From NCBI GenBank assembly GCA_002269645.1, contig NIVC01002900.1:1-64000 (forward strand): a DNA stretch of 64,000 nucleotides. The letters run 5' to 3'. This document shows positions 1 through 12,480 of this stretch, piece after piece; the stretch's first letter is position 1; each line of letters begins with the position of its first letter. The notes below the pieces were generated by a model, which was not told the origin of the DNA, searched no databases, and worked only from the letters and a program-made list of their open reading frames with translations. The DNA comes from Macrostomum lignano. Its lineage: Eukaryota. Position numbers and translations under genes: made by a program.

Positions 1-13
1 GTAGCGAAAGATA

Positions 14-137
14 CTGACACAGCGCACTGCACACACTGACACAGCGGCACTGCACACACTGACACAGCGGCACTGCACACACTGACACAGCGGCACTGCA
101 CACACTGACACAGCGGCACTGCACACACTGACACAAC
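14..137. repeat. 23-bp minisatellite (actgacacagcggcactgcacac), intronic to the KANK-like gene
   Basis: About 5 tandem copies visible directly. Confidence 0.9.
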
Positions 138-175
138 GATGCCTGAAGACTGTAGCAGACACCAAACACCCTCAC

Positions 176-2202
176 CTTCAGCAGCTTCCGAAGCTTCGTC
201 GACATCGTCAGCGGCATCCAGCGTGGAGACAGCGCATCGACCAGCGCAGCCGTCGTCCGGTCGTCGAAGTCGCACACGTCGAGGCCGACTGAGCGGCGCT
301 CCGGTGGCGCGGCGCAGAAGCTGAGAGACACGTCGCGACAGGCGGGTCGCGCAGTGACGCCTGCGTGCCGACGACCGGCGCCGCTGCGCGCCGGCTCCGC
401 TCGTCCTGCTGCTCTGGCGCCGCGTCGGTGCCGACGCACTGATCGACGCCGGGGCCGGCTTCGTCAGATCGGCAGTCGGCCTGCTGGCTGGCGTCCGCGC
501 GTGGGCATAACGGCGACCGCGCAGTCCACGGCAGCATCCTGGCAGGTCGGCCGGGCCTGGGCGGCGGCCGTCATCAGCTGCGCCGACACTCGGAGATTGC
601 GTCGACAACCTCGACGGCGGTGCTTGCGGCCGACAACGTGGACTGCTGAATGGGCGGCTCTTCGACCGCTTCGGTCTCCGTGGCAATGCAGGACAGCGCG
701 ACACGTTCAGTTTCCGAGGCAACGTGCGAGCGGCCGACATCGTCAGTTGCTATGGCTACGCTAGTAAACGTGGCGGCATCTGTCAGCATTGAAGTGCTGA
801 TATACTTTAGTGCCATTGTCTCCATGGCAACGTCGCGAAAGAATTGACGCTCGGTTTCAATGGCAACATTGGAATGACCAACGGGAGACGTTGCGAAGGC
901 AAAATCCGACTTTGCGACGGGCACCGTCTCCATGGAAACGTCCGACAGACAAACTGAATCCGTTTCTATGGAAGCATCGGCAAACAGCGCTTCCCTTGCC
1001 TGTTCGTGTGGCTTCTCCGTTCCTATAGCAACGCTGAGAAAGCTGACCACCCGCGTAACCGAATTTCCGGCTCCGTCTGGGTGGCCGTGCCCGCAGCATC
1101 CAGGCAAAGTTCGGCGCCGAGTGCGCCTGCGGACCGGCCTGGCCGCTCCACCGGCTCCTCCACGGCCTCTCCTTTGAGGTCGTCTTCGTCGCCGATGAGG
1201 TCCACGCGAGGGTCGTCTGGGACTTCAATAACGGGCAGTTCGATTTTCGTATCCCGACGCGATTGCTCTGGCCGCCTCGATGGTGGCGCCGACTCCTCTG
1301 GCCCGGCGGCGCGAGCATCGACAATCAGCTCCTCCATGGCGGATTCCTCGCCGTCAGCAACGCACACCTGCTGGGAGAAGTCGCGCTGAGCCGGCGGCAG
1401 CCGGAGCGGCTCCGTCTGGGTGGCCATGCCCGGCAGCATCCAGGCGAAGTTCGGCGTCGACTGCGCCTGCGACAGGTGTGGCACTCAACCGGCTCCTCCA
1501 CGGCCTCGCCATCGTAATCCTCATCCTCGCCGAGGTGCTGCACGCGCGGATCATCCGGACCTCGATGATCGGCAGCTCGATCATCTTTCTGTCGAAGCCG
1601 CGGTGTTGGAATGCGGACCTCGGAGCCGGTGACGACTCCGCTGCCCCGGCGGCGCGGGCATCGACGACCAGCTCCTCCATGGCGGATTCCTTGCCGTCAG
1701 CGGCACATACCTGCTGGGAGAAGTCGCGCTTCTGAGGGGCAGCATGAAGGCGAAGCTGACCTCCGCCAAGGCTCCGCTGCCAGACTCTGTGGGCTTCTCC
1801 ACCTGAGCGGCCATTAGCGGCTCCTCGGCGGCCTCGCCGGCAGCGGCCAGAACGGCCTCCTCGGCCTCGAGCCGGCGAAGAAGGCGCCTCGTCCCAGCCC
1901 ATGTCTGGCAGCGCCGCCATGGCAGCCGGCACTCGGCCGCCGTCGCCGGCCGCGGTTCGCCAGCGGGTCTCGGCGTCGCCGCCCGCGCGCTGACCGGCTC
2001 GTCCAAGGAGCCGTCCTTGCTGGCGAACACCGTCTGGCCGAAGTCGACGCCGCCGCTTGAGCTGCCATCAGCGGCATCTGTGGCGGCATCCGAGAAGGCC
2101 TTCAACGCAGCCTGCGTCTCAGCCGATGGTGGCGCCGTGCGAACTGCCGCCTCGCAGCTGGCGGCGCGGCCTCCCAGAGCGAGGATGTGGAGACGCCGGA
2201 GG
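176..2202 (-). CDS. KANK: KANK-like gene, large internal exon (low-complexity region with TQT-like motifs); several frameshifts
   Basis: Acceptor cccag| at 2203 and donor |gtgagg at 175. Coding-like text hops between ORFs 1581-2105, 1354-1932, 1023-1484, 574-1107 and 208-537. Assignment rests on the KN motif in the upstream exon. Ankyrin repeats would lie beyond position 1. Confidence 0.6.
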
Positions 2203-2333
2203 CTGGGAGTGGGCCAAAATAAAAAGTATGTTTGAACTCGACTTAGTATACGCGCAATGCTACAGGCATGTTGCTTTCGGCTTGCTTTATTAGTTTTACA
2301 TTACTGCCTTTGTTGCTTAATCTGCACAGAAGG

Positions 2334-2891
2334 GGCACTGCTAGCCTGATCTGCACAGGGCACTGCTAGCCTGATCTGCACAGGCACTGCTAGCCTGATC
2401 TGCACAGGGCACTGCTAGCCTGATCTGTACAGGGCACTGCTAGCCTGATCTGTACAGGGCACTGCTAGCCTGATCTGTACAGGGCACTGCTAGCCTGATC
2501 TGCACAGGAAGGGCACTGCTAGCCTGATCTGTACAGGAAGGGCACTGCTAGCCTGATCTGTACAGGAAGGGCACTGCTAGCCTGATCTGTACAGGAAGGG
2601 CACTGCTAGCCTGATCTGTACAGGAAGGCACTGCTAGCCTGATCTGTACAGGAAGGGCACTGCTAGCCTGATCTGCACAGGGCACTGCTAGCCTGATCTG
2701 CACAGGGCACTGCTAACCTGATCTGTACAGGAAGGGCACTGCTAGCCTGATCTGTACAGGAAGGGCACTGCTAGCCTGATCTGCACAGGGCACTGCTAGC
2801 CTGATCTGACAGGAAGGGCACTGCTAGCCTGATCTGCACAGGAAGGGCACTGCTAGCCTGATCTGTACAGGAAGGGCACTGCTAGCCTGAT
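2334..2891. repeat. 25/29-bp minisatellite (gggcactgctagcctgatctgcaca +/- ggaa) in KANK intron
   Basis: About 20 tandem copies. Confidence 0.92.
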
Positions 2892-3300
2892 CGGCACCCA
2901 CCACTGCAACCCGAATATTAGTCAGTTCATTCCCATTTGCTCAATTTGTTCAGTTCTTTGTGACGCGCAGAATGCAAACACAATTAAATAATGGCATTAC
3001 GACTATTCAATAACTGATGATAACAGATGGGCAATCTGCACACAGCTAAACAGTTGAGAAATCTTCCATATAACTAATATTTAACTATTCGAATAATTAC
3101 GGGTGCCGAGCACCACACCAGCTGCCGCCCAAATGCAGCCAGAACCAATTAATCGCTCAACTGCAAACAGTTGACATCCCGCAACTTTCTATCTAAGGCC
3201 GCTTTTACAAAGTTGTCACGTGACCCCATATTTGTGGCGAAAAAAGGCCGGCACAGCAGATGAGCTTGGGAAAAACTGGCAGCCCAAATCAAAGGCTCAC

Positions 3301-3930
3301 TTGCAAACTGAACAGTCGGTGCGGGGCGCTGAAGCCGCTGCAGCAGCAAATCCTCCTGCTGCTCCTGCGGCTGCCGAGGCGGAGGCGACAGGGTTGAGTT
3401 TTCCCGACGTCCGCTGACGCTGTGAGGCCGCCGACTTTGCCGCGGCGGCCGACGTTCAGCGGAGGCCTCCTCTGAGGCTTCCAGCTGTTGATGCGGCTGC
3501 ACCGTCAGTCGCCGCTGGGTGGTGCCAAAAGTGGCGAATGTGTCCTGATCCTTGGGGTCTGGCCGCGGAGCTGGCGACGGCGACAACGGCGACATGGGCG
3601 AGCCGCTGGTCAAGGAGGTGAGCTCGTCGATGAGGTCCTGCACGCTGCCGCCGCCTGTGGAGGCTGAGGGTCCCACTGGCCCGCGCAGGCCCGAAGCTTG
3701 CGGCGGCGGCGGCAGCTTGCGTCGATCCGGGACGGCGCCGACGCTGCCACCGCGGGCGCGTCGGCGGGCTGGACGGGCGGCGCCATTGGCGCCACTAGGA
3801 GAGGGGCTGCCGCGTTCACAGAGCGCGCGAAGCTCACAAAGCTGCTGTCGATGTGGTAGCCGAAGGGGCAGCAGCTGCAGCGGTGGCTGTCAGCAGGGCC
3901 GGAACTGCGGGCCCCGACTGACTGCATCAT
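3301..3930 (-). CDS. KANK: KANK-like gene, first coding exon with KN motif; one frameshift near 3740
   Basis: CSCCPFGYHIDSSFVSFARSV resembles the KANK KN motif (PYGYxLDLDFxxY). After the frameshift it continues VPDRRKLPPPPQ...VQDLIDELTSLT. Donor |gtgagc at 3300. Confidence 0.7.
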
Positions 3931-5514
3931 GGCTGCACTGGCTCTGTAGGCGGCTACATCAATCAGTATTGAGTGGTTGCTATGGAAATTAAAAATTGTT
4001 CCAAATCCATGATACTAAAAATAGTTTGTCAGTATCTAGGTAAGTATCTATGTGATTGATTTCAGAAAAAACGGCTCAACCAATTTTCTTCAAACTTGCA
4101 CCATTTTATCATTTTTCCTTTGGGACTAAAAATAACTTTTTAGCAAGGAATAGTTGTTCGTTTTTAATTCTGTTTCAAAGAAAGCAATTGCATATTTTAA
4201 GTAAAAGCTCAAAACAATATATTCAATTCATATAGATTATTTACTTAAATATTACAAGTTAACCACTGAACTTCTTTGAATAAAAGCATAATGAAAAAAA
4301 ACAAATACATACCGTTAAAAATCTTATAAAAACAAATATCTATATTTATAGAATTAGAAGTTTGAAGAAAACTGGTTCAGCAGTTTTTTCTAAAATCGTT
4401 CACACACATACCTACGGACAAACCATTTTTAGTATATGGAAATAGTTGGGCATCAATGAAAGACTTGCCAAAATACTGTTTAGTTTAAGCAAATATAAAT
4501 TCATAACTGTAATGAAAACTCATAATAACTTAGATATTTAATTCAATACAATGATGTAGCTTTGAATAGGTTAAAGCCAAAGAAAGGGTGGGGTGGCCAT
4601 CTCAAGGAGATAAAATGTAAAAAATGGAGCTACTTTTGAAGTAGCTCAAAAATTTGTGAGACAAGTCGATTTTTACTAAAGTACCTATTTTCCCTTGGCT
4701 CCCTTTTCGGTATTGACCTCTTATAGTGATCTAATTCCATAGCTCAAACTGACTGGATTTGTATGTTGCATTATTAATATTAATCATGAAATTTAGCTAG
4801 GAATATACTGTGCATACTAGAAACAAATAGATAAATTAAATTAAATTTATAAAATATTGAAACTAAATTCGCTATTTAATAAGCTTAAAACAAAATATCA
4901 AGACTGCAGTGTGGGTCTCGGTCAGGTCAGGTCCAATTCAATTCCAAAGTAAGGAAAATACTCGTAACTTGCATGTAATTTGAAAAAAGAGACTACTCTT
5001 GTTTAAATTTATAACAAGTCATATAGAATTAAGTAAGCTCTTTATATACATTGAAATTGCCATTTTTAATACATAAGAAAAAATACATTTAAGATCATTT
5101 TATTCAAAGATTAGGTGTTCTTTTTTCGTAACAGTAAAAAAGCATAATTTGCGCTCGTTTCCAAAACTACACAAAAATCAAGGACTACTCTAGTAGAAGA
5201 AATGACCTCGTGTCTTAGAAATTTCTAGAAGGTGTGTTGACGTTCGATCCACTGCATGGAGGCCAGACTGTCTAGCCATCTTTGAGTGCCCTTGAAAATC
5301 CGCCTTTTAAATTTCACAGGATAATGTACAGTATGGTTGAACCAATTAGTAAGCTGTTTACGTCTGCAATTAGCTTGGCTTCTAAACTGATTAAAATCAT
5401 CGCAGCTGCCTTTCATTTATTCTTATGAAATATCATACTGCATGCATTCTTCATTGCTATTAAACTGAAAGTAGAAAGCTGTTTTGCTAAGTATATATTA
5501 TGCAGGAGTGGCCC

Positions 5515-5859
5515 GGGTCCATAAGAATTTCCCGCAGACGAATTGCCCGCCGAGTTTTTTCCCGCCAAGGTTTGCCCGCAATGCTTTTTCCTGCAGCGCA
5601 TTTGGCAGCTAGATTCTGTCTGAATTCCCCCCCCCCCAAAAAAAATACGCATTTGATATATGCATGCAGTTACTATCAAAACGTTTTGATCGGGTAAATC
5701 TCTTTATTAAAACTTACTATAAGCATTGGCGAGGCAATTCAGACAAAATCTGCCGCGTGGCCAAATGCGCTGCAGGAAAAAAGCAATGCGGGCAAATCTC
5801 GGCGGGCATATATTCGCTCGCGGGCAAATTGCACTGCGGGCATTTCTCGTGCTCCGATC
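5515..5859. mobile_element. Non-autonomous foldback/MITE, 345 bp
   Basis: Long imperfect inverted arms (ttgcccgcaatgctttttcctgcagcgcatttggc versus gccaaatgcgctgcaggaaaaaagcaatgcgggcaaa). 8-bp direct repeat AGTGGCCC at 5507-5514 and 5860-5867. Confidence 0.75.
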
Positions 5860-7058
5860 AGTGGCCCATCCAGTTATTCTACAGGGGTCGACAAAACTTT
5901 TACCTCAAGGGCTAGATGAAGAATCCGGCTCATTCTGCGGAGTGGAAAGGATCGAGGTAATTAGAAGATGAGAGATTGGAGAGAGAGTGGAGATGGTAGA
6001 GAGGAAAGGATCAGAGAGGAGAGGAGAGAGGAACAGGGAGAGGGGAGAGAAGAGAGAAGAGAGGGTGTCTGGTGTCTGAACTTAACGAGACACCAACCTT
6101 GAGCGGACGGGATTGCTATTGTGAAGTTTCAATGAACCATGCAGAATTGTGTACATGACTAACATACATGTACATATTGTACACGTACAACAGTACATGT
6201 GTTTTTTTTGCAGTCGATCAATCATTGCCCTTCGCAAGCCATATTTCATATCCTGGAAAAGCATATTGGAAGATGGCTCATAATCGCGCGGGTTAGAAAT
6301 ACTGCAAGGTCTTGCAAAAACATTTAAGATTTGCCACCAGTAACTTTTCGATGCTTTTAGTTGGCCTCCTCTCACAATTTTCACGATTCCGCTTTAGTGA
6401 AGCCCTCGATGGAATGATGAAAAAACACTGCAAAACACGATCAACACTTCAATTTGAAATGAAATTTTACGAGTGAAAGTCCACGACTCGTCCACTACAA
6501 GTCGCGATCTTGTATGATAATCATGAGTATTTATGAATATTGTAAGAATTATCTACAATCATTCTCAGTTGACATCAGGCATCGATGATTTTTGTCACAA
6601 TGCCAGCTTGTAAGTCGTATCAAAATTAAGAATTTGTACTTCAATTTTCGGCGGCTACGAGATTTATTTTTGCGCGAAGGAAAATGGGGACAGGCCACCT
6701 AAAAATATTATAAATTCAATGCTGAAACTGAAATCACTCGAATTAACTCAGTGCTGAGGGTACAGTTTCAATATATTTGAAACATTTAGACAAAAAACTG
6801 AATTACAAATTACAAGAGTCCACTGAGTTGCTTGCTGCAAGCATGTTCGAAAACGATAAGTAGCTGTTAAAAACAGCTGCATTGCTGCTCTTCAGGGTTC
6901 CTCCTCCATCAGCATGTCGAATCTCACTTCTGCAAGGTAAATCAAAATAATAAGCACACAAGTAAAAGACCTCTTAGAAAAAAGACCAGTTATGATCAAG
7001 ACCAAAATATTGGCGAGAAAAGCCGCCTGCAGACCGCACTGCATTCTCAGTTTACGAA

Positions 7059-7527
7059 TAGGGGTCGCAATCGAATCCCAGGATAAATTTTTGCGTTTTT
7101 TACAGTGTTATAAAATGAACAAATTGGGCCCAAAACTACGCTCGTAGTTCATTATTTATACTGCGCTAATCTCCGTAGTTGCCTCACGTCGTGTGGTGTT
7201 TATTTCAACCCGAGTGACAACTAAAAGTCTGTTAGAATTTTCGTTTTCGTTTTTCAAATTACGAGTACTTAATGGCTACACTTGGTATTGGTTGGTAGTT
7301 GCTAGTTGCTAGATTTGATGCTGTATGAGAGTGAGAGTAGATAGTCTCAATAGAGTCAATTTAGAGCTTTAGAAACTTTAACAAAATCTTTTACACTTTT
7401 TCTACTCTACTATCTACATTCGACATACAGTACACAATACATACATGTATCTCGCATTACATACAAGCTTAAAAATCTGTATTTTTCTGATTACAGGATC
7501 GCAAAAAACGGGATTTTGCGATCCCTA
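7059..7527. mobile_element. hAT-type MITE
   Basis: TIRs TAGGG(G/A)TCGCAA at both ends. Perfect 8-bp TSD TTTACGAA at 7051-7058 and 7528-7535. A similar lone end occurs near 12835. Confidence 0.85.
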
Positions 7528-7970
7528 TTTACGAATTGAATCATTCCAGCCAATGTTGCGAATATAATATTGTTAGCAAAAGAAAATGTAAACTTCTAAA
7601 TGTATTGATAATATAGGGCTCCGTGGACAGAAAAGCATTGCGTGTTCACCAAACCAATCAGACAGAAGCAAACGGCAGCACCCGCACAGCACAGACCAAT
7701 AAGTATAGCTAGACTGCGCATCCAGCATTGCTTGCCTTGGACTCGTTTTTTTGACAAAATGATAAAGCAAAAAATGGTCCTCTGTACCCCAGCCCAAAAC
7801 GATCGATATTTATGGCCTGGGGAAGACTGGCCCTTCTTCAGCTGTCTGCGCTCTGCCTTTTTTAAATTAACATGTACATTATTGCGGCTTGGGGACCACA
7901 ATAGCAATGCTATACTAGCTTTAAAGAGATAAGCAAAGTTTTTAAAAAATTAATAATTGCTCAAAACGAA

Positions 7971-8370
7971 ATGGAAGAACAACCCGAATCTTCTAAATTG
8001 CCGAGGAAAAGAAAGGGAAATCATGGCAGCTTTTGCTGCGCTGCTGGCTGCTCGAACAACTCAGCAATGTCTTTGATACTCAGGAGTGTCCTTTCATACT
8101 TTTGCAAAGGACAAGAAAATAAGGAAAAAGTGGCTGATAGCGCTGAGAAGAAAAGATTTTGAGCCATCGCCATCCACGCAAGTCTGCTCAATACATTTTG
8201 AGGAATCTTGCTTCAAAGAGCAATTTGCAGGCTTTCTGCCTAGCGTCAAAAGACGGCTATATCCAAATGCCGTTCCTTCCATCTTCCTGGCGTTCCTGAC
8301 CATCTGCAGCTGAAAGCTGAAAAGAAACGGAAGACTGCCACCGGCCAGCTCGCGAAGTTGATTTCGCCGC
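7971..8370 (+). pseudogene. THAP zinc-finger, 5' part of a P-element-like transposase (frameshifted)
   Basis: CCAAGCSN...FHTFAKDKKIRKKWLIALRR...VCSIHF...AVPSIF is the C2CH THAP signature, split over ORFs 7971-8162 and 8086-8313. Confidence 0.85.
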
Positions 8371-8371
8371 T

Positions 8372-9555
8372 GTGTGCCGTTCCATACTTTGTCCTGGTTC
8401 GCGGAGTAGTATGTCAGAGCACCTGAAGTTGACTCAGAAAATCCAGCCAGTGAAAGTTTTGGAGACGTCTTCTGGATGCTCTTGGGATCCATGACGCTAG
8501 AGTTGAGCTTTGGGGCCAGCTTCAATGGCTTCGTTTTCTCCAGTTCGAATAGCTGCCGGATGTGGCTGAAGTCGGCCACGATGAAGGCTCCATTTTGCGT
8601 CAAGTTTTGTTGGCTGGCAAAGAACTTGGACTCGATATTAGGCACGTAGTTCCAGAATTATTCTCTTTTGGAAATTATTATAGATGTTCTTAACCGTGTG
8701 GGTCGGATCGAACAGCAGGATTACGTTCAGCATGATAAGGATGAGGAATCGATGCTTGAAGATTGCCACCACAAAGCTTGTGAGTGAAAAACGCTCGATT
8801 TGCAGGGTGATTGTCGACTAGAATGGTGACTACGTTCAAATTAGTGCGCTGAAGCGTTTCCATAACGCTATTATAGTGTTCAAACAAAACTTCTGCTGTC
8901 AGCTTGCTTAATGGAAATAGCGCAACAACGTCACGAAACTTGCCAGCGATGGATTTGACCATGAAACAAAGCAACGTAGACGCTGTAGTATCCTGCTGCA
9001 TTCCAACAATCGTTCCGTTAGAGTATTGGATTATTCTGTTGAGATGAATTTCGTCAATGATAAGGTTCACGTTGGACTCCATTATTGAGAGATCTTGAGT
9101 CCGTAGGTGTAAGTATCGCTCATCAGAGACACCAGAGGTAACTGACAGCGGGCTGGATATCGCTGTTAGCCGCCTTACTGATGGAGAATCAGCACCTCGT
9201 GTTCTAACAAAGCCTGATAGCATGCTGTGCTCGCAGACTTAAGAACCATTGCAAACACAATCAAGTCAGGTGAGTACCGTAGAGACGACTTGTTTATCGC
9301 GCAGGACAGCTTCAGCTGCTCCACGATAAACTGAACTCTTTGACAAAGCGGCTCGGTGGATTCCTCACATTCTTCTATCCATCGCTGGAGGCAGGCAACG
9401 GCGTCTTCAATTAATTGCGTTCTTTCTCTGCTGCTGCTGCTTTGTGTTGCCAACGACTTTATTTGGGCCAGCATGTTCTGAACCTGGGAAAAGAGGCGGA
9501 CCTTGCCGCCGTCCAAGAATTGTTGCAGTCTGTTTTGGGGCAGTGATAAGCCCAT
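8372..9555 (-). pseudogene. P-element/THAP9-type transposase core, fragmentary and frameshifted
   Basis: LRYSPDL..., LIIDEIHL, TILVDNHPAN (RNase H-like acidic residues) and ADFSHIRQLFELE...KLAPKL...FSEST (GTP-binding insertion region). Confidence 0.8.
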
Positions 9556-9637
9556 TCACGCTCACGGCTACTGTCATGTCACCGTGAACCTGTAGGAGCA
9601 AAGCAGCATGGGCACGGTTCCGTATTTCACGTGAACA

Positions 9638-12480
9638 ATGCAGAATGTAGTGATTTCGGCACTAGTCACTAATGCGGGTAAGTTGGAGGCGCAACTTGCG
9701 AGTCTCCCCTGCCCGGACTCTGGCACAGCAGACTGGCTAGTAAAACAGTTTAAGCTTGATCAGAAAAATCTATCGAGAGATCAGCAGAGAACCACATTCA
9801 AGCTGCTCAATCACTTTCTGGGACAGATCTCGAAGAACGACACAAACTTAGGGAAAACGCATCTTCACGAGATGGCGATTGAGTTGCAGGACCCAGCGTG
9901 CCGTCCCATCTCACAGCCTTCAAAAAGAGCGACGCCTGCTCAGAAAGAATTTATTGACAAGCATATTCAGCAGCTGATTAACCAAGAGGTCATCGAAGAG
10001 TGTGAATCTGAATGGGCATCACCTATTGTGTTAGTTAGGAAAAAGGATGGCTCACAACGCCTCTGCATTGATTACCGTCAGGTAAACAAGTTGATTAAGC
10101 CTTGTAGTTTCCCCCCTGCCGTTAGTAGACGAATCATTCGACAGTCTTGCTGGATCAAAAGTCTTCTCGAGTTTGGATCTAACTTCAGCATATTGGCAAG
10201 TTGGCATTAGAGAACAGAATCGGGACATAACGGCTCTTTTCTGCCCCCAAGGATTGTTTCGTTGGAAGGTCGTGCCGTTCGGCATCAAAACGGCACCAGC
10301 AAACTTCGCTAAGCTGATGCACAAAGTCTTTCAACCGCTTCTTATGCGCGTGAGTTTGATCTACCTGGACGACATTATTGTTAAGGCAAAAGACAACGCG
10401 GAAATGATCGTGCACCTAGCTATGGTTCTTTGGCAGTTCAAAAAAGCGAATCCCAAAATAAAAGCCGTCAAAGTGCGAGCTTTTTAAAGACCGAGTCCGT
10501 TTCCTAGGTTTAATTGTTTCAGCAAAAGGCATTGAAGCGGACCCCGCTAAGGTTGAAGCGGTTCGAAACTGGTGTAAGCCAAACGACAAACAGCAGCTGC
10601 TTGCGTTTCTGGGGTTCCAAATTAATACAGGAAATTCGTCCCCAGGTTCTCAATCATTGCGGCTCCGCTCTATGCGCTCGCTAAGGACTCAGCAAACATC
10701 TGTCGGCTTGAAACTGATGACAAAGCATTCGAAGAGTTAAAGGCGAGCCTTTGCGCTCCCCCCGTCCTAGCCTATCCTGACCTCAGCTCAACGGCTGGAC
10801 TTTTCATATTAAACTGCGATTCATCGCTCGAAGTTATAGGTGGCGTGCTCTCCCAAGAAGGTCCGGATGGACAGGAACACGTCGTGGCTTACGCTTCGAA
10901 GAAGTTTAGCCAGGCTCAGCGCAACTACTGCGCCACCATGCGTGAGCTACTGGGACTTATCATCATGCTTGAACATTTTCGAACATACCTTCTGGACCGC
11001 AGGTTCCTGGTGCGCTCAGATGCTGAAGCCTTGCAGTGGCTTTACACAAAAAAGCACACCAAAGGCATGTTGGCCCAGTGGCTTGCGACCATCGAAGTGT
11101 ACAATTTTAAGATCAGTCAAACGCCTCTGGAGTGCCTCAATGAGTACGATTTTTCAATCCAGCATCGTGCTGGGGCCCATCACCTCAACGCTGATGTACT
11201 TAGTCGCAACCCGCGTTTCAGAGCAGATCACCATGACTGCCCAACTTGCAGCAAGATCCCCGCGTTCCGGGAAAGCTTTGAGGCTGAGGAATGAAGTCAA
11301 CCGTAGACAAGTCGTACAGCGGAAGGTAAAAAAGGCTGATACTTCGAGCCAGACGGAGTCTCTCAATGAACCGCCCGATACTTCGCCATCGTCGTCCACA
11401 CACTCTGATGAGATCAAGACAATGTCAGGTAGTACTCAGGCTCCGTGTTGTGTCCAGACGCAGACTCAAGAGTTCTCTGCGCGTGCACTGCACGTCGAAT
11501 CAGTCTCATCCGACAGGCAAACAACTGCTTTGTCAGCATCGCCACAGGCTTGTGCTGATTCCAGTGACAGCGACACCACACAGATCCAGGCGTCAGATGA
11601 TTATGCTCAGAGACCAGAGAGTCGCAATTTGCCCAGGCAGTTGCCATCGAAGCAAACAGACAGCTCGGAAGACGAAGAACTGTCCGAAGCAGCTGAGAAT
11701 CTTTGGGCCAGAGACGCCCAGGAGACGAGCGTTGATTTGCTGCGACTGATGGAAGCTGTCGAGGGTAAATCTCTAAGGCTGACTAAAGCAGAAATTCAGG
11801 ATTGTAAGCCGAGAGGTATGCACACTGTGGGCATTGTTTGACGAACTTGAAATCGAAGATGGGCTGCTGTTCCGCGTCAAGCTCTCTAACCTGGGCGAAC
11901 CGATTCGTCAGGTCATAATACCGGAGACAGCAGATATTGACGAGCTGGTTGCTGGCTATCACAAAGACATCAACCACTGTTGTGTAAATAGGACAGCTCG
12001 AATTTTGAAACAGGGGTTCCAAAGAACGAATTTAGAAGTGAACGTAAAAGGTGTGATAGCCGAATGCGAGATCTGCAACCGTACAAAAAAGCCAAGCGCA
12101 AAAATAAAGAACCATTACGACCTGTTCTCACGGGCTATTACGGGCTATCACGAATCAAGTTGTCCATGTGGACCATGAAGGCCCGTTTCCTGAACAAAAT
12201 GGTCACCGCTACTTGTTCGTCATGGTAGACAACTTCTCTGGCTACGTAGAAATCGTGCCTGTACCAGATGTGACGGCGGAGACCACAGCCACTACCATCC
12301 TGACAGAGAGTGGGTCGTAGGATACGGTACCATGGATCAGTTGGTTTCCGACAACGGCACGGCGTTCATAAATAAGACCGTAGCTGAAACTCGCTAGGCT
12401 CCTGGAAATTAACATGACACGAATCACAGCTTGCCGGCAACAGGCTAATGGTAAGTAGAAAGAACAATCCAGACGATAAA
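9638..12480 (+). mobile_element. Decayed Ty3/Gypsy pol (RT, RNase H, integrase); no LTRs seen
   Basis: WASPIVLVRKKDGSQRLCIDYR, LDLTSAYWQ, PFG, YLDD; RNase H VAYASKK...RNY...NADVLSR; integrase HHCC-like CEIC and core (VDNFSG, VSDNG); multiple stops and frameshifts. Confidence 0.9.
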
